Positions 1 through 10,711 of a stretch of DNA of 64,000 nt are shown here, in pieces. The translations under genes were made by a program, and so were the position numbers. A model generated the notes under the pieces. The model made no database searches. It was given only the letters and a program-made list of their open reading frames with translations, and was not told the DNA's origin. Every line of letters begins with the position of its first letter. Position 1 is the first letter of the stretch. The stretch is from Vulcanimicrobiota bacterium (GTDB lineage: Bacteria > Vulcanimicrobiota > Vulcanimicrobiia > Vulcanimicrobiales > Vulcanimicrobiaceae), in contig CAVZQC010000004.1 of assembly GCA_963777315.1 (NCBI GenBank), positions 608,001 through 672,000 on the forward strand, given 5' to 3'.

Positions 1-2
1 GC

Positions 3-830
3 TTGGCGGTGCGCAAGATGTACAAACTCTTCATCAACGGCGCCTTCGTGCGATCGGAGTCCGGCCGCAGCGATCCGCTTTGGAACGGCGACGACTTCGG
101 CGGCAATATCGCGCGCGGGTCCCGCAAGGACGTTCGCGATGCGGTCCTCGCAGCGCGCGCCGCACAGGCGAAATGGTGGAGAATCGCTGCATCGACGCGC
201 GGACTGATCCTCTATCGCGTCGCCGAGATGCTGGAAGCGCGCCGCGCGGAGTTTATCGAATTGCTCGGCGACGCGCAGGAAGCCGATGCGGCCATAGACC
301 GCACCGTCTGGTACGCGGGCTGGTGCGACAAGTATGCCGTGCTGCTCTCGACGCGCAACCCCGTGGCCGGTCCGCACTTCAATTTTTCCACCGCCGAGCC
401 CATGGGCGTCGTCGGATTGCTCGCGCCCGACGAGCCGTCGCTGCTGGGGCTGGTTTCCGTGCTGCTGCCGCCGCTGGTCGCGGGAAACGCCGTCGTGCTG
501 ATTGCCTCAGAAAAAGAACCGCGCACAGCCGTGCTGTTTGCCGAGATCCTGTCGACGGGCGACGTTCCGCCGGGGGTGGTCAACGTCATCACCGGCCTTC
601 GCAGCGAACTGGGACCGGTGCTTGCCAAACACATGGACGTCAACGCTCTGGGATTTGTCAACGGCACGCAAAGCGCGCAGCTCCAGACGCTGGGCGCCCA
701 GAACGTCAAGCGCACGCACCGGCTTACGCAGCTCGATCGAGCTGCATGGTTTGCGCCGCAAGCGCAGAGCCTGGACGAGATTGCGGCATACAGCGAGATC
801 AAGACGATTTGGCACCCCGCCGGCATTTGA
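3..830 (+). CDS. Aldehyde dehydrogenase family protein, short NAD-binding-domain type (may start upstream of the window)
   Basis: YKLFINGAF, EPMGVVG and PPGVVNVITG motifs; no ELGGK or catalytic Cys region. Confidence 0.85.
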   Translation: MAVRKMYKLFINGAFVRSESGRSDPLWNGDDFGGNIARGSRKDVRDAVLAARAAQAKWWRIAASTRGLILYRVAEMLEARRAEFIELLGDAQEADAAIDRTVWYAGWCDKYAVLLSTRNPVAGPHFNFSTAEPMGVVGLLAPDEPSLLGLVSVLLPPLVAGNAVVLIASEKEPRTAVLFAEILSTGDVPPGVVNVITGLRSELGPVLAKHMDVNALGFVNGTQSAQLQTLGAQNVKRTHRLTQLDRAAWFAPQAQSLDEIAAYSEIKTIWHPAGI

Positions 831-904
831 GTGCACGCGGTTAAGTAAAGTCTTGGATATGCGGTAGGCCGGGGCGCCGGGCCCAGCCAAGTTACTGGTC
901 CGTT

Positions 905-1717
905 GTGAGCTATCGCCTCGTGCCCTTGCATCAACGCTTGGCCAATGCGTTGAGCTACGGCGAATTTCAGGTATTTTATCAGCCGGTCGTCAAGGTCGCG
1001 GATGGTGCGATCGTCGGCGCCGAGGCGCTGTGCCGCTGGCCGCAGCGCGATCAGACGTATGCCACGCCCGAAACGTTCATCGCGCAGGCCGAGGCTTCAG
1101 GTTTCATCATTCAACTCGGCGAGTGGGTACTGCGCACCGCGTGCGAGCAGATGCAGCGCTGGCACCGGCGATTCGCACGGCCGCTGCGGCTTGCAGTCAA
1201 TTTGTCGGGACGGCAGTTCCTGCATTTCAATTTGGTCAAACACGTCGAAGCGGCCCTGCGATCGAGCGGGCTGGACCCGACGACATTGGATTTTGAAATC
1301 ACCGAAACGATTGCGATGCACAACGGTGAAGAGAGCGTGGGCGTGATGCGCCAGCTCAAATCGATGGGCGTGGGCCTTTCGCTGGACGACTTCGGCACCG
1401 GTTACTCGTCCCTGAGCTATCTCAAACGCTTTCCGATCGACGTGCTCAAGATCGACAAGTCGTTCGTGCGCGACATTCCCGAAGACGCCAACGATTTGGC
1501 GATCGTTTCCGCCATCATCGCAATGGCGCATGCGCTCGGGCTTAAAGTGATCGCCGAGGGAGTGGAAACCGGCGCGCAGTGGCATTTTCTGCGCGACTGC
1601 GGCACGCAGTTCGCGCAAGGCTATTACTTCGGCCGCCCGGCGCCGGCTGCCGATTTCGAATCGCTGCTGGCGGGCGAGAGCGGCGAATCCGTAGGCATTT
1701 CCGCTTCGGGCGCTTAA
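905..1717 (+). CDS. Stand-alone EAL-domain c-di-GMP phosphodiesterase
   Basis: YQPVV, EALCRW, DDFGTGYSSLSYL, KIDKSF and AEGVET motifs. Confidence 0.93.
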   Translation: MSYRLVPLHQRLANALSYGEFQVFYQPVVKVADGAIVGAEALCRWPQRDQTYATPETFIAQAEASGFIIQLGEWVLRTACEQMQRWHRRFARPLRLAVNLSGRQFLHFNLVKHVEAALRSSGLDPTTLDFEITETIAMHNGEESVGVMRQLKSMGVGLSLDDFGTGYSSLSYLKRFPIDVLKIDKSFVRDIPEDANDLAIVSAIIAMAHALGLKVIAEGVETGAQWHFLRDCGTQFAQGYYFGRPAPAADFESLLAGESGESVGISASGA

Positions 1718-1750
1718 ACGTGAGGTGCCTCCGCGATATGCGCAACTTGC

Positions 1751-1838
1751 GGAGAGGTGGCAGAGTGGTCGAATGCACTCGCTTGGAAAGCGAGCAGAGG
1801 TGTTGAGCCTCTCGGGAGTTCGAATCTCCCCCTCTCCG
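1751..1838 (+). tRNA. tRNA-Ser(GGA), CCA not encoded
   Basis: Acceptor stem GGAGAGG/CCTCTCC, anticodon arm CTCGC-TTGGAAA-GCGAG, long variable arm, T-loop GTTCGAATC. Confidence 0.95.
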
Positions 1839-2174
1839 AATCGTACGGCCCCGCCTCCGAATCGTACGGCCCGTTGCCGAACTCCCGTAGAGGCTCACGT
1901 TTCAACGTCGCCAATGGCCGGCTGCGAAGCAGACGACATTGGCCTCTCGGGAGTTCGAATCTCCCCCTCTCCGAATCGTACGGCCCCGCCTCCGAATCGT
2001 ACGGCCCGTTGCCGAACTCCCGTAGAGGCTCACGTTTCAACGTCGCCAATGGCCGGCTGCGAAGCAGACGACATTGGCCTCTCGGGAGTTCGAATCTCCC
2101 CCTCTCCGAATCGTACGGCCCGTCGCCGAACTCCCGTAGAGGCTCACGTTTCAACGTCGCCAATGGCCGGCTGC
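1807..2174 (+). repeat. tRNA-linked tandem repeat, 135-bp period (about 2.7 copies, starting at 1807, 1942 and 2077)
   Basis: Each unit starts with the tRNA 3' end GCCTCTCGGGAGTTCGAATCTCCCCCTCTCCG; copies 1 and 2 contain an internal 21-bp duplication. Confidence 0.95.
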
Positions 2175-2184
2175 CGGTAGCGTC

Positions 2185-3021
2185 ATGTCCAACATCTTGC
2201 TTCAGACGACGATTCCGTACGCCGAAGATGACTGGCACGTGGGCCGTTTTTCGATGCTGGTGCGTCTTCTGACTGCGGACGGGCATTCGGTCGTTGCACG
2301 CGACCGCATGACTCGCGCGGACGGCAGCGACCCGATGCTTTCAGCGCTTGCCGAATCGGAATTCGACCAGCTGTGGCTGATAGCGGTGGACACCGGTAAC
2401 GGACTTGCGCCGGCCGACGTGCGTGGAATCCTGCGCTTTCGTGAACGCGGCGGCGGGGTGCTCAGCGCGCGAGACGCCGACAATCGCGGCGCGTCGCTGC
2501 TCAACTTAGGGACGATCGGAACGGTCAACAATTTTTCGACGTACAATCGCCGTCCGGAGCGCCGGCGGTTTCCGCGCGCCGGCCGCAGCATACCCGAACC
2601 TGCGAGCGACAATTTCCAGGGCGATGGCGAGTTCGTGCGGATAGTCGCCGTGGAACCGGTGCACGAATTGCTTCGCAGCCCGAGCTCTCCCAGCGGTTTG
2701 GTCGAACATTTTCCGGCTCATCCGCAAGATGCCGCACTTTCGGTTCCCGGCGCAATGCCCTACGCTCGCGTCATTGCGACTTCAAGCACCACCGTCAACG
2801 GCCGCTCCTCCAACTTGGTCGTCGCGATTGAAAACGAACCGGCAGCCCGCGGACACGCAAGCGGACGAGCCGTCGCGCTTTCGACGTTCCACCAGTTGGC
2901 GGACGTAAACTGGGATAAAGGAACACAGGCGTCGAGCTCGCAGCCGAGCAAACTGGACGTTTACAAAGACTACGTTCGTAACCTCGCGCGCTGGCTTTCG
3001 CCGCAAGGCCACGCCGCGTAA
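2185..3021 (+). CDS. Conserved hypothetical protein (possibly class I glutamine amidotransferase-like fold)
   Basis: 278-aa ORF with FDQLWL..D and F.ERGGGVL pattern; fold assignment is an inference. Confidence 0.65.
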   Translation: MSNILLQTTIPYAEDDWHVGRFSMLVRLLTADGHSVVARDRMTRADGSDPMLSALAESEFDQLWLIAVDTGNGLAPADVRGILRFRERGGGVLSARDADNRGASLLNLGTIGTVNNFSTYNRRPERRRFPRAGRSIPEPASDNFQGDGEFVRIVAVEPVHELLRSPSSPSGLVEHFPAHPQDAALSVPGAMPYARVIATSSTTVNGRSSNLVVAIENEPAARGHASGRAVALSTFHQLADVNWDKGTQASSSQPSKLDVYKDYVRNLARWLSPQGHAA

Positions 3022-3029
3022 CGCACGCA

Positions 3030-3770
3030 TCACAGACTTTCTTCAATTGCGGCCTGGGCGTGCGCGAGCCAAAAATCGAACGACGCGCGGGCTTGCGCCT
3101 CCAGCATCAGATCGCCTTTGACGATTTCGCGATGTACCTGCCGGCCCAGCGTCGATCGGGCGCCGTAGTTCGTGTCCATGACGTAATCGGCACCCAGAAG
3201 ACTCTGCACGAGATCCTCGGGCAGTTTGCTGTGCGGAGGCAGCGTCGAGATCACGATTTCCGGCGGCGTGGCGGGCCACGGGCGCGCTTCAAATCGTTCG
3301 CACACCGCCTGCACTTTTTCGAGATCGCGCCCCCAGACGAACGTGTAGGCGTCGGTCTCGCGCAGCTGCGCGAAGATTGCGCGCGCCGTCGCGCCGGTAC
3401 CCAAAACTCCGATCCGTTCGAGCGCTACGGGTTGTCCGAGCATTTGCTCCACCGCACTGCGCGCGCCGACTCCGTCCGTGTTGTGGCCCAGCACGCTCGA
3501 GCCGAAAAAAATCGTGTTTACCGCCTGCGCGAGCTCGGCGTCCTCGCTGAGTTCATCGCATGCGCGCAGGACTTCTTCTTTGAGCGGATACGTCACGTTC
3601 ACACCGGTGTACCCATCCATGCGCATGCGGCGCACGACGTCCAACCCGTTGCCGCGAGGGACGCGAATCGCGACGTAACTGCCGTCAATTTCCTCCGCGC
3701 GTAAGAACGCGTTGTGCATGCGCGCACTGCGGCTATGCGAAACGGGATCGCCGATCAGGGCCAGTTTCAC
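3030..3770 (-). CDS. aroE: Shikimate dehydrogenase
   Basis: GDPVSHSRS, GVNVTYPLK, AVNT, NTDG and GTGATA motifs; GTG start overlaps the upstream stop. Confidence 0.92.
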   Translation of the reverse strand: MKLALIGDPVSHSRSARMHNAFLRAEEIDGSYVAIRVPRGNGLDVVRRMRMDGYTGVNVTYPLKEEVLRACDELSEDAELAQAVNTIFFGSSVLGHNTDGVGARSAVEQMLGQPVALERIGVLGTGATARAIFAQLRETDAYTFVWGRDLEKVQAVCERFEARPWPATPPEIVISTLPPHSKLPEDLVQSLLGADYVMDTNYGARSTLGRQVHREIVKGDLMLEAQARASFDFWLAHAQAAIEESL

Positions 3771-4255
3771 CGCCTGCGGCGCTCCGGCAACATCACTCTT
3801 TCGAAAAAACGGAACATCATCGTAATCGCAAAGTCTTTGCTCTCGATCGGCTCGGTCAAAATCGTGTACAGGTTTCCGCTGAGTTTCGCGCCGAGCACGT
3901 CGGTGAACAGCTGATCGCCGACGACGGCGATTTGCTTGCGCGGAAGGCCGAGGTGCCTCATGGCGCGCCAAAAACCGAACGGGAGCGGTTTGAGGGCATT
4001 GGGCACGCATTCGATCCGAAGCTGCCGCGCGATTGCGCGGACGCGCTCGCTAAAGTTGTTGCTCACCATGACTATTGCAAAGCCGCGTTCGTGCGCCTCT
4101 TGCACCCATGCCAGATGCTCTGCGGCCAATTCGGTTTCGCGAAAACCGAGCAGCGTATTGTCCAAATCGACGATCAGCCCGCGGATGCCCACGCCGGCCA
4201 GTTCCCCCAGCGAAATATCGTGCAGGCGCGGAGCGAACCGGTCGGGACCGAGCAT
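3767..4255 (-). CDS. yqeG: YqeG family HAD IIIA phosphatase
   Basis: DLDNTL, VSNN, KP and VGDQLFTDVLG motifs; adjacent to aroE. Confidence 0.9.
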   Translation of the reverse strand: MLGPDRFAPRLHDISLGELAGVGIRGLIVDLDNTLLGFRETELAAEHLAWVQEAHERGFAIVMVSNNFSERVRAIARQLRIECVPNALKPLPFGFWRAMRHLGLPRKQIAVVGDQLFTDVLGAKLSGNLYTILTEPIESKDFAITMMFRFFERVMLPERRRR

Positions 4256-4398
4256 GCGGCTTGCGATTGCGCCAGTTTTCCCCACTATCCTCGGAAATCT
4301 CCACAGCACGCTCACCCAGGAGACACCTTTGCCGCCGCCGGACCGCCCGGGGTCCACAACTTTCGTACCTTGTGAACACCTTGCGCACAAGGAGGGTT

Positions 4399-4446
4399 AC
4401 CCTATATCTTGTATCCCGATTGACGCAGCAGTACAATCTATGGGCG
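4399..4446 (+). promoter_or_regulatory. Tandem NrdR boxes (4399-4414 and 4431-4446) overlapping a sigma70-type promoter (TTGTAT 4409-4414, 17 bp, TACAAT 4432-4437)
   Basis: accCtAtATcTtGtat and gtaCaAtcTaTgGgcg resemble the NrdR consensus acaCwAtATaTwGtg; 32-bp spacing; upstream of an RNR gene. Confidence 0.75.
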
Positions 4447-4537
4447 GCGTTCGCCAAACCAAAGCCTTTACGAACAGGTGTTCGATACTGCTCGCTGTAA
4501 GTAACCCGTTCCTCTGCCATCGGGAGAAGGAGCCGCA

Positions 4538-7500
4538 ATGAAATTCCATCGCACGTATTCGGCGCCCGGCGACACATACGCCGGCTTGGCGTTCGAGCCG
4601 CGCACGTCGCGAATCGTCAATCCCGACGGCTCGGTGATTTTCGAAGCGGCCGACGTCATGGTCCCCACCGGCTGGAGTCAGGTCGCGGTGGACGTCCTGG
4701 CACAGAAGTATTGCCGCAAAGCCGGCGTTCCCAAAACGCTCAAACGCGTGCCGGAAGCCGACGTTCCGCAGTGGCTGTGGCGCAGCGAGCCGGCCGACGA
4801 TGCCCAGTTCGGGGGCGAACGGGATTCGCGCGAGGTGTTCAACCGGCTTGCGGGCTGTTGGACGTACTGGGGATTCAAACAAGGCTACTTCGATTCCGAA
4901 GACGACGCCCGCGTCTATTACGATGAAATGTGCGCGATGCTGGCTCGGCAAATCGCCGCGCCCAATTCCCCGCAATGGTTCAACACGGGGCTGCACTGGG
5001 CGTACGGCATCGCGGGTCCGGCTCAGGGACATTACTATGCGGATCCGGTTAGCGGTGAAGTCGTACAATCCACCAGCGCATTCGAGCATCCGCAAGTGAG
5101 CGCGTGCCTTCCGTACCACGCGCTAATAACGACGCCTGAGGGGCCGATGCCGATCGGCGAAATCGTAGAACAAAACCTTGTCGGTCAGTACGTGTTTGAC
5201 GCCAACGGCCTAACGCGCGTCGTGGCAGTGATGCGGAATGGAACAAAGCCGGTCATGCGGCTAAATCTTTCCAACGGCAATTACATTGAAGCCACGCCGG
5301 ATCATCGGGTCCTGGTTCGTACTGAGAAAACCAAGGCGGCAACTTGGAAGCAAATCGACGAATTGTCCCCTGCCGATAAGCTGATCCAAAAGACGAACAC
5401 GGCGATTTTCAAGCGTTCCGCCACGCTTGGCGACATGGCTCAGGCGTCGCTCGCAGGCTGGGTCCAAGGCGATGGCTTCCTAGGGCAGTACAAGCATGGG
5501 ACTAATCGCAGCCTCACGCTTGAGGCGATGGCAGTGACACGGCAAGAGCAAGCCCACGTCGACAAAATCTCGAGCGTTGCGTTACGTGATTCGCACTATA
5601 ACGAACGGATTACGGCGACACCCAAGGGCAACGTGCAGGTGTATCGCCGGAGGTACTACGGCGAGGTCCTTCGTCCATTCGTAGAGCGGTTTGAACTCGA
5701 GCGGCGCAGTGATTCTCTTCGAATACCGCGTGCCGTGATTTTGCTTGGGCGTGAAGCGGTGTGCGAGTACCTTAGTTCGCTTTTTCAAGCGGACGGTTGC
5801 GTTACTGGAAACGGCGCCGTAGAGTTCGGAACGGTGTCTCGAGCCTTCGCGGAGGACGTCTCCGCGCTGCTGCACAACCTCGGCATCGGGAACACCGTCC
5901 GAACGCATCGTTCGTACGATGGCATCCGCAAGCAATTCACGAAAATACGGATCGCGCGCCAGTCCGACCGTCAGCGTTTCGCCGAGCTCGTCGGATTTGT
6001 TGACGACGCAAAGACAGAGAAGCTGATGGCGACTTTTTTGCGTCCCGGCAAATGCAGCCGGCTCGAACGGCTGCTAGATGTCGTTTCGATAGAGCCGCTT
6101 GGCGACATGCCGGTATTCGATATCCAAACGCAGAGTGGCAGCTTCCTGACGAGAAACGTCGTCGTCCACAACTGCTTTATCCTTTCCATTGAAGACGACT
6201 TGGTGAACGAAGGTGGAATTTTCGACGGCGTCCTTCGCGAAGCACGCATCTTTAAAATGGGCAGCGGCAGCGGCGCGAATTTTTCGAAAATACGCGGCGC
6301 CGGAGAAAAACTCAGCGGCGGCGGCACGAGCTCCGGCTTGATGTCGTTTCTCAAAGTATTCGATAGGGCCGCAGGGGCGATCAAGTCGGGCGGTACGACC
6401 CGTCGCGCTGCGAAAATGGTGGTTCTTAACGCGGATCATCCCGATATCGAAGAATTCGTGAACTGGAAAGTACGCGAGGAGCGCAAAGTTGCCGATCTCG
6501 TCATCGGCTCGAAGATGTTCGAGAAGCAGATGAACGCGATCATTTCCGCCGCACATGATACGCGCGTGCCGCACAATGCGCGTCTGGATCTGCATCTGAA
6601 TCCGCACCTTCGCGACGCGGTCCGCTCGGCGATGAGCGTCGCCGTGCCTTCCGGTGCGATTCAAACTGCGCTGGATTACGCGCGTCAGGGCTACACATCG
6701 CTGCACGTTGAGAAGTACGACACGAATTGGGATTCGGATGCGTACGGTACCGCTTCGGGGCAGAACTCGAACAATTCGGTGCGGCTTACCAATGCGTTCT
6801 TTGCGGCGGTGGACCGTGAGTCGGAATGGGAATTGACGGCACGCACCACGGGAGCCGTCGTCAAACGAATCAAAGCGGCAGATCTCTGGGAAGAGATCGC
6901 GCTTGCCGCTTGGCAGTGCGCAGACCCGGGACTGCAATTCGACGATACGATTCAAGAATGGCACACCTGCTCGAACGACGAGCGCATCAACGCGACCAAC
7001 CCATGCAGCGAGTTTGTTTTCATCGATTCGACCGCGTGCAATCTCGCCAGTTTGAATCTGGTCAAGTTTTTGGACGACGCCGACTCGTTCGATCAGCAAC
7101 GGTTCGCCGATGCCACCCGAATCTGGACGACGACGCTCGAAATCTCCGTGGCCATGGGGCAAATGCCCTCGAAGGAGATCGCCAAAAAGAATCATCAGTA
7201 TCGCACGCTCGGATTGGGCTATGCGAACCTCGGCACTCTGCTCATGCGCATGGGTCTGCCGTACGATTCGGAAGAAGCCTTCGGCTGGTGTGCCGCCATT
7301 ACGTCGCTCATGACGGGGGCAGCATATCGCACCTCCGCCGAGCTGGCGCAGCAGACTCGGCCCGTTCGTTCGTTTCAACGCGAACGCCGAACCAATGCTC
7401 CGGGTCATCCGTAATCATCGGCGTGCGGCCTATGATGCGTCGAAGGGCGAGTATGAAGGCCTGAGCGTGAAACCCGTCACGCACTCGCCCACGCTTTTCA

Positions 7501-9203
7501 CGCAAAACGCCTGGGCGCTCGCCAGGAAGATGTGGGACGAAGCGCTAGCGATCGGCGAGGTGGCAGGTTTCCGCAACGCCCAAACCGTCGTCATTGCGCC
7601 GACCGGAACCATCGCTCTGGTAATGGATTGTGATACGACCGGCATCGAGCCAGATTTTGCGCTCGTCAAGTTCAAGAAACTTGCCGGGGGTGGTTATTTC
7701 AAAATCGTCAACCAATCGGTCGAGCATGCGCTGCGCCACCTGGGGTATAGCGAGCAGCAAATTCAGCATATTGAAACATTCGCTAAGGGCACAGGGACGC
7801 TCGAAGGCGCTCCACACATCAACCGCGCAACGTTGCGCGCAAGGGGCTTCGACGACGAGGCGCTGGCGCGCATCGACCAGGCGCTGCCGAGCGCTTTCGA
7901 ACTGCAGTTTGCGTTCAACCGATACACCCTTACCGATCAGTTCTGTAAAGACAAACTCGGCTTTACCGAAGAGCAGCTCGCAACTTGGAACTTCGATGTT
8001 TTGCGGGACGGTCTAGGATTCACACAGCAGCAGATACAGGAAGCTTCCGACGTCATCTGCGGACGAATGACCGTAGAAGGCGCACCGCATCTCAAAGATG
8101 AGCATCTAGCAGTCTTCGATTGCGCAACGCCGTGCGGCAAACACGGCTCCCGCTTCATTCGTCCGCTCGCGCACGTTGATATGATGGCGGCAGCCCAGCC
8201 ATTCGTCAGCGGGGCTATCTCGAAAACCATCAATTTGCCGCAAAGCGCCACGATCGCAGACGTGAAAGAAGCATATCGCTATTCATGGGAGCATATGATC
8301 AAGGCCGTCGCCCTGTACCGCGATGGCTCCAAGCTTTCGCAGCCGCTCGCCGCCACGTCCGGTATCGGCGGCGAAGTTCAGGAAAGTGATACGCTGCAGC
8401 CTGCGCCGTTCCAAACGCCGCTCCAGATTGCGGAGCGGATCGTCTACCGCTATATCGCAAAGCGCCGCAGACTGCCGGAACGCCGCAGCGGATACACGCA
8501 AAAGGCCGTTGTGGGCGGCCACAAAGTGTATTTGCGCACCGGTGAGTACGACGGCGGCCAGCTGGGCGAAATTTTCATCGACATGCACAAGGAAGGCGCG
8601 GCTTTCCGTTCGCTGATGAATAATTTCGCCATCGCCGTCTCGCTGGGCTTACAGCATGGAGTTCCACTCGAGGAATTCGTTGAAGCGTTCACCTTCACGC
8701 GGTTTGAACCCAACGGCCCCGTTGTCGGCCACGATCACATCAAAATGGCGACGTCGATTCTCGACTACATCTTTCGCGAACTTGCCGTCAGTTATCTCGG
8801 ACGATACGACCTCGCCCACATTCAGCCCAGCATGGAGATGGACGCTATGGGACCGCAAGTCGAGGACGACTACGTCGCCGAGGAGCCCGGCGAAGTGCGT
8901 TACGTGCCGACGGGCGTCAGAGAAAAGCTCCATCCGACGAGCAGCCATCTGCACCCGGGCCACGAAGACCACCGCGAGCTGACGCTCGGGAGCATCAATC
9001 AAGAGCATCGAGCACTCCGCGCTCCCTCGCCGGTATCAGCCGCGACGGGGGTCGCAACAGTTCCGTTAGCGGAGCAAGTCACCGCTGCCCGCGCAAAGGG
9101 CTACACCGGCAATGCATGCGTCGAATGCGGGCAACTCACAATGGTTCGCAACGGGTCTTGCGAGAAGTGCGACAGTTGCGGAGCGACGAACGGATGCAGT
9201 TGA
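4538..9203 (+). CDS. nrdJ: Vitamin B12-dependent (class II) ribonucleotide reductase with intein; apparent +1 frameshift at about 7355
   Basis: [34 protein letters not shown] and ISKTINLP motifs plus C-terminal Cys ribbon; ORFs 4538-7414 and 7395-9203 join if A7355 is removed. Confidence 0.93.
5105..6172 (+). mobile_element. Intein with LAGLIDADG homing endonuclease (356 aa) inside nrdJ
   Basis: Starts CLPYHA; block [10 protein letters not shown]; endonuclease motifs LAGWVQGDG and LSSLFQADG; ends VVHN followed by Cys. Confidence 0.95.
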
Positions 9204-9239
9204 AAGCCCCGGTTATTTCGTTTGAGGCTTAAGCTACCG

Positions 9240-9905
9240 ATGAGCGAACTCACGCGACACACTTCCCCCGTGCAAAGTCCACAAGGCCTTGCATGGGACG
9301 GTACCACGATGTGGGTGACGAGCGCCGCGAATGGCCGCCTGTATGCGATTGATCCGCAGACGTGGAGCATTCAACGTGAGTTCACTCCGCCGTCCGAGTC
9401 ATTGGGCATCACGTTTACCGGTTCGGATTTTCGGCTGATCCTGGCGCCGGCGATCGACGAACCGGATCTGGAGCGCGATCACCGTTACGTCTATACATTT
9501 TCGCCTGACGCGGGATTTACGGAGTGTTTCGTATGTCCCCAGAACTCCGGATCGTTCCTAGCATATGCAAATGGAACGCTGTATCTCTCGCAAGCTTGGG
9601 ATAAAAAACTCATCGAACTCGACGAACACGGTGCGGCGGTGCGCGAGGTGCAATTGGAGCGCCGCCCGGTCGGTATGACCATCGTCGACGGTGCGTTCTA
9701 CCTCGTGACCGTCGACGAAGAGTGGGGCGACGGACGCTTCGATCGTCTTGGCGTCGACGATGATGCATCATCGGTCCAAGCTCTTCGCTCGCTTCCGTTT
9801 AAGCCACGCAGCGTTGCATTTGACGGCGCGCAGTACTGGACTGCCGATCGCAATAACCACGCGATCGTGTCGCTTACCCTACAAGACGTTGCGCCCATGG
9901 CGTGA
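9240..9905 (+). CDS. Hypothetical beta-propeller-like protein (paralog of 19883-20548)
   Basis: Repeated GLAWDG / SVAFDG blade-like motifs; aligns by eye with the 19883 ORF. Confidence 0.75.
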   Translation: MSELTRHTSPVQSPQGLAWDGTTMWVTSAANGRLYAIDPQTWSIQREFTPPSESLGITFTGSDFRLILAPAIDEPDLERDHRYVYTFSPDAGFTECFVCPQNSGSFLAYANGTLYLSQAWDKKLIELDEHGAAVREVQLERRPVGMTIVDGAFYLVTVDEEWGDGRFDRLGVDDDASSVQALRSLPFKPRSVAFDGAQYWTADRNNHAIVSLTLQDVAPMA

Positions 9906-9951
9906 AGCTTTCGATGACCCGTACCGTGCCATGCTTTGGTTACATGAATAC

Positions 9952-10263
9952 TGAAGCTGGTCCGGTTTGGTGGACGGTTGCAGTTTAGACATCAGGCGGC
10001 TTGACTCATCCGATTCCAGTACTCCTGTTCGAACTGTACCGGAGATATGTCCCCGATCGACGTATGCCGGCGGCGCGGATTGTACCAACCTTCAATGAAG
10101 CGGAAAATCGCAATTTCTGCTTCTCGCCGGTCCTTAAAAGCGGTGTTTGACGAGCAATTCGCACTGGAGCGCCCCGTTGAGGTTGAAGCTGTCGCACATA
10201 GCGTTATCGCGTTCCGCGGTAGGCTCCGGCGCGAGCTGGCCGGAGAAGCGCGATTTCTTCATG
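9952..10263 (-). mobile_element. Internally deleted IS3-family remnant
   Basis: Minus strand reads MKKSRFS (orfA start), DNAMCDSF and AIFRFIEGWYNPRRRHTSIGDISPVQFE (integrase C-terminus); IS3-like end ...CCGTCCACCAAACCGGACCAGCTTCA. Confidence 0.8.
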
Positions 10264-10342
10264 GCGCCTACCTTTCCAAAGGGTGCAGTTCGCTGCCCTT
10301 GAAGCATTTCATCAACGGAGGCCCACATTGCGACACACCGGC

Positions 10343-10696
10343 ATGGTAAAAGAACTTTCTTTCATCGCGTATTACGTCCGCGATATGCCGGCCGCCAGAC
10401 GGTTCTACGGTGAGGTCCTAGGGCTTCCTCAGGGCGAGTGGTTCAACGACGAGTGGATCGAGTTCGATCTCGGAAATGCGACCTTCGCCCTCGATGGTAC
10501 GGGCGCAGAACTGGGCGTCTGTGCGGGAACGTCGGCAGGAGCCGGGTTTGAAGTGGACGACATTCACGCCATGCGCCAGCGGCTTGTCGATGCCGGCGCA
10601 CAGGTAACCGAAGTCCACGAATTTCCTCCATGCTGGGCCTGCTTCGCGCGCGATCCGGAAGGCAACCGGTTCACAGTCCACCAACGCAAGGGATGA
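10343..10696 (+). CDS. VOC/glyoxalase family protein
   Basis: VRDMPAARRFYGEVLGL, FEVDDI and RDPEGN motifs. Confidence 0.9.
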   Translation: MVKELSFIAYYVRDMPAARRFYGEVLGLPQGEWFNDEWIEFDLGNATFALDGTGAELGVCAGTSAGAGFEVDDIHAMRQRLVDAGAQVTEVHEFPPCWACFARDPEGNRFTVHQRKG

Positions 10697-10711
10697 AACG
10701 CCTGAGGCATT

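Noticed and set aside
1807..2174. CRISPR array
   Set aside because: Units are near-identical over their full length, with no variable spacers and no cas genes.
1714..2286. ORFs of 150-190 aa across the tRNA and repeats
   Set aside because: By-products of a repeat period divisible by 3 overlapping a tRNA; no protein features.
7355..7414. Naturally split nrdJ or programmed frameshift
   Set aside because: No slippery sequence is evident, and it has the same AGACT signature as four other genes.
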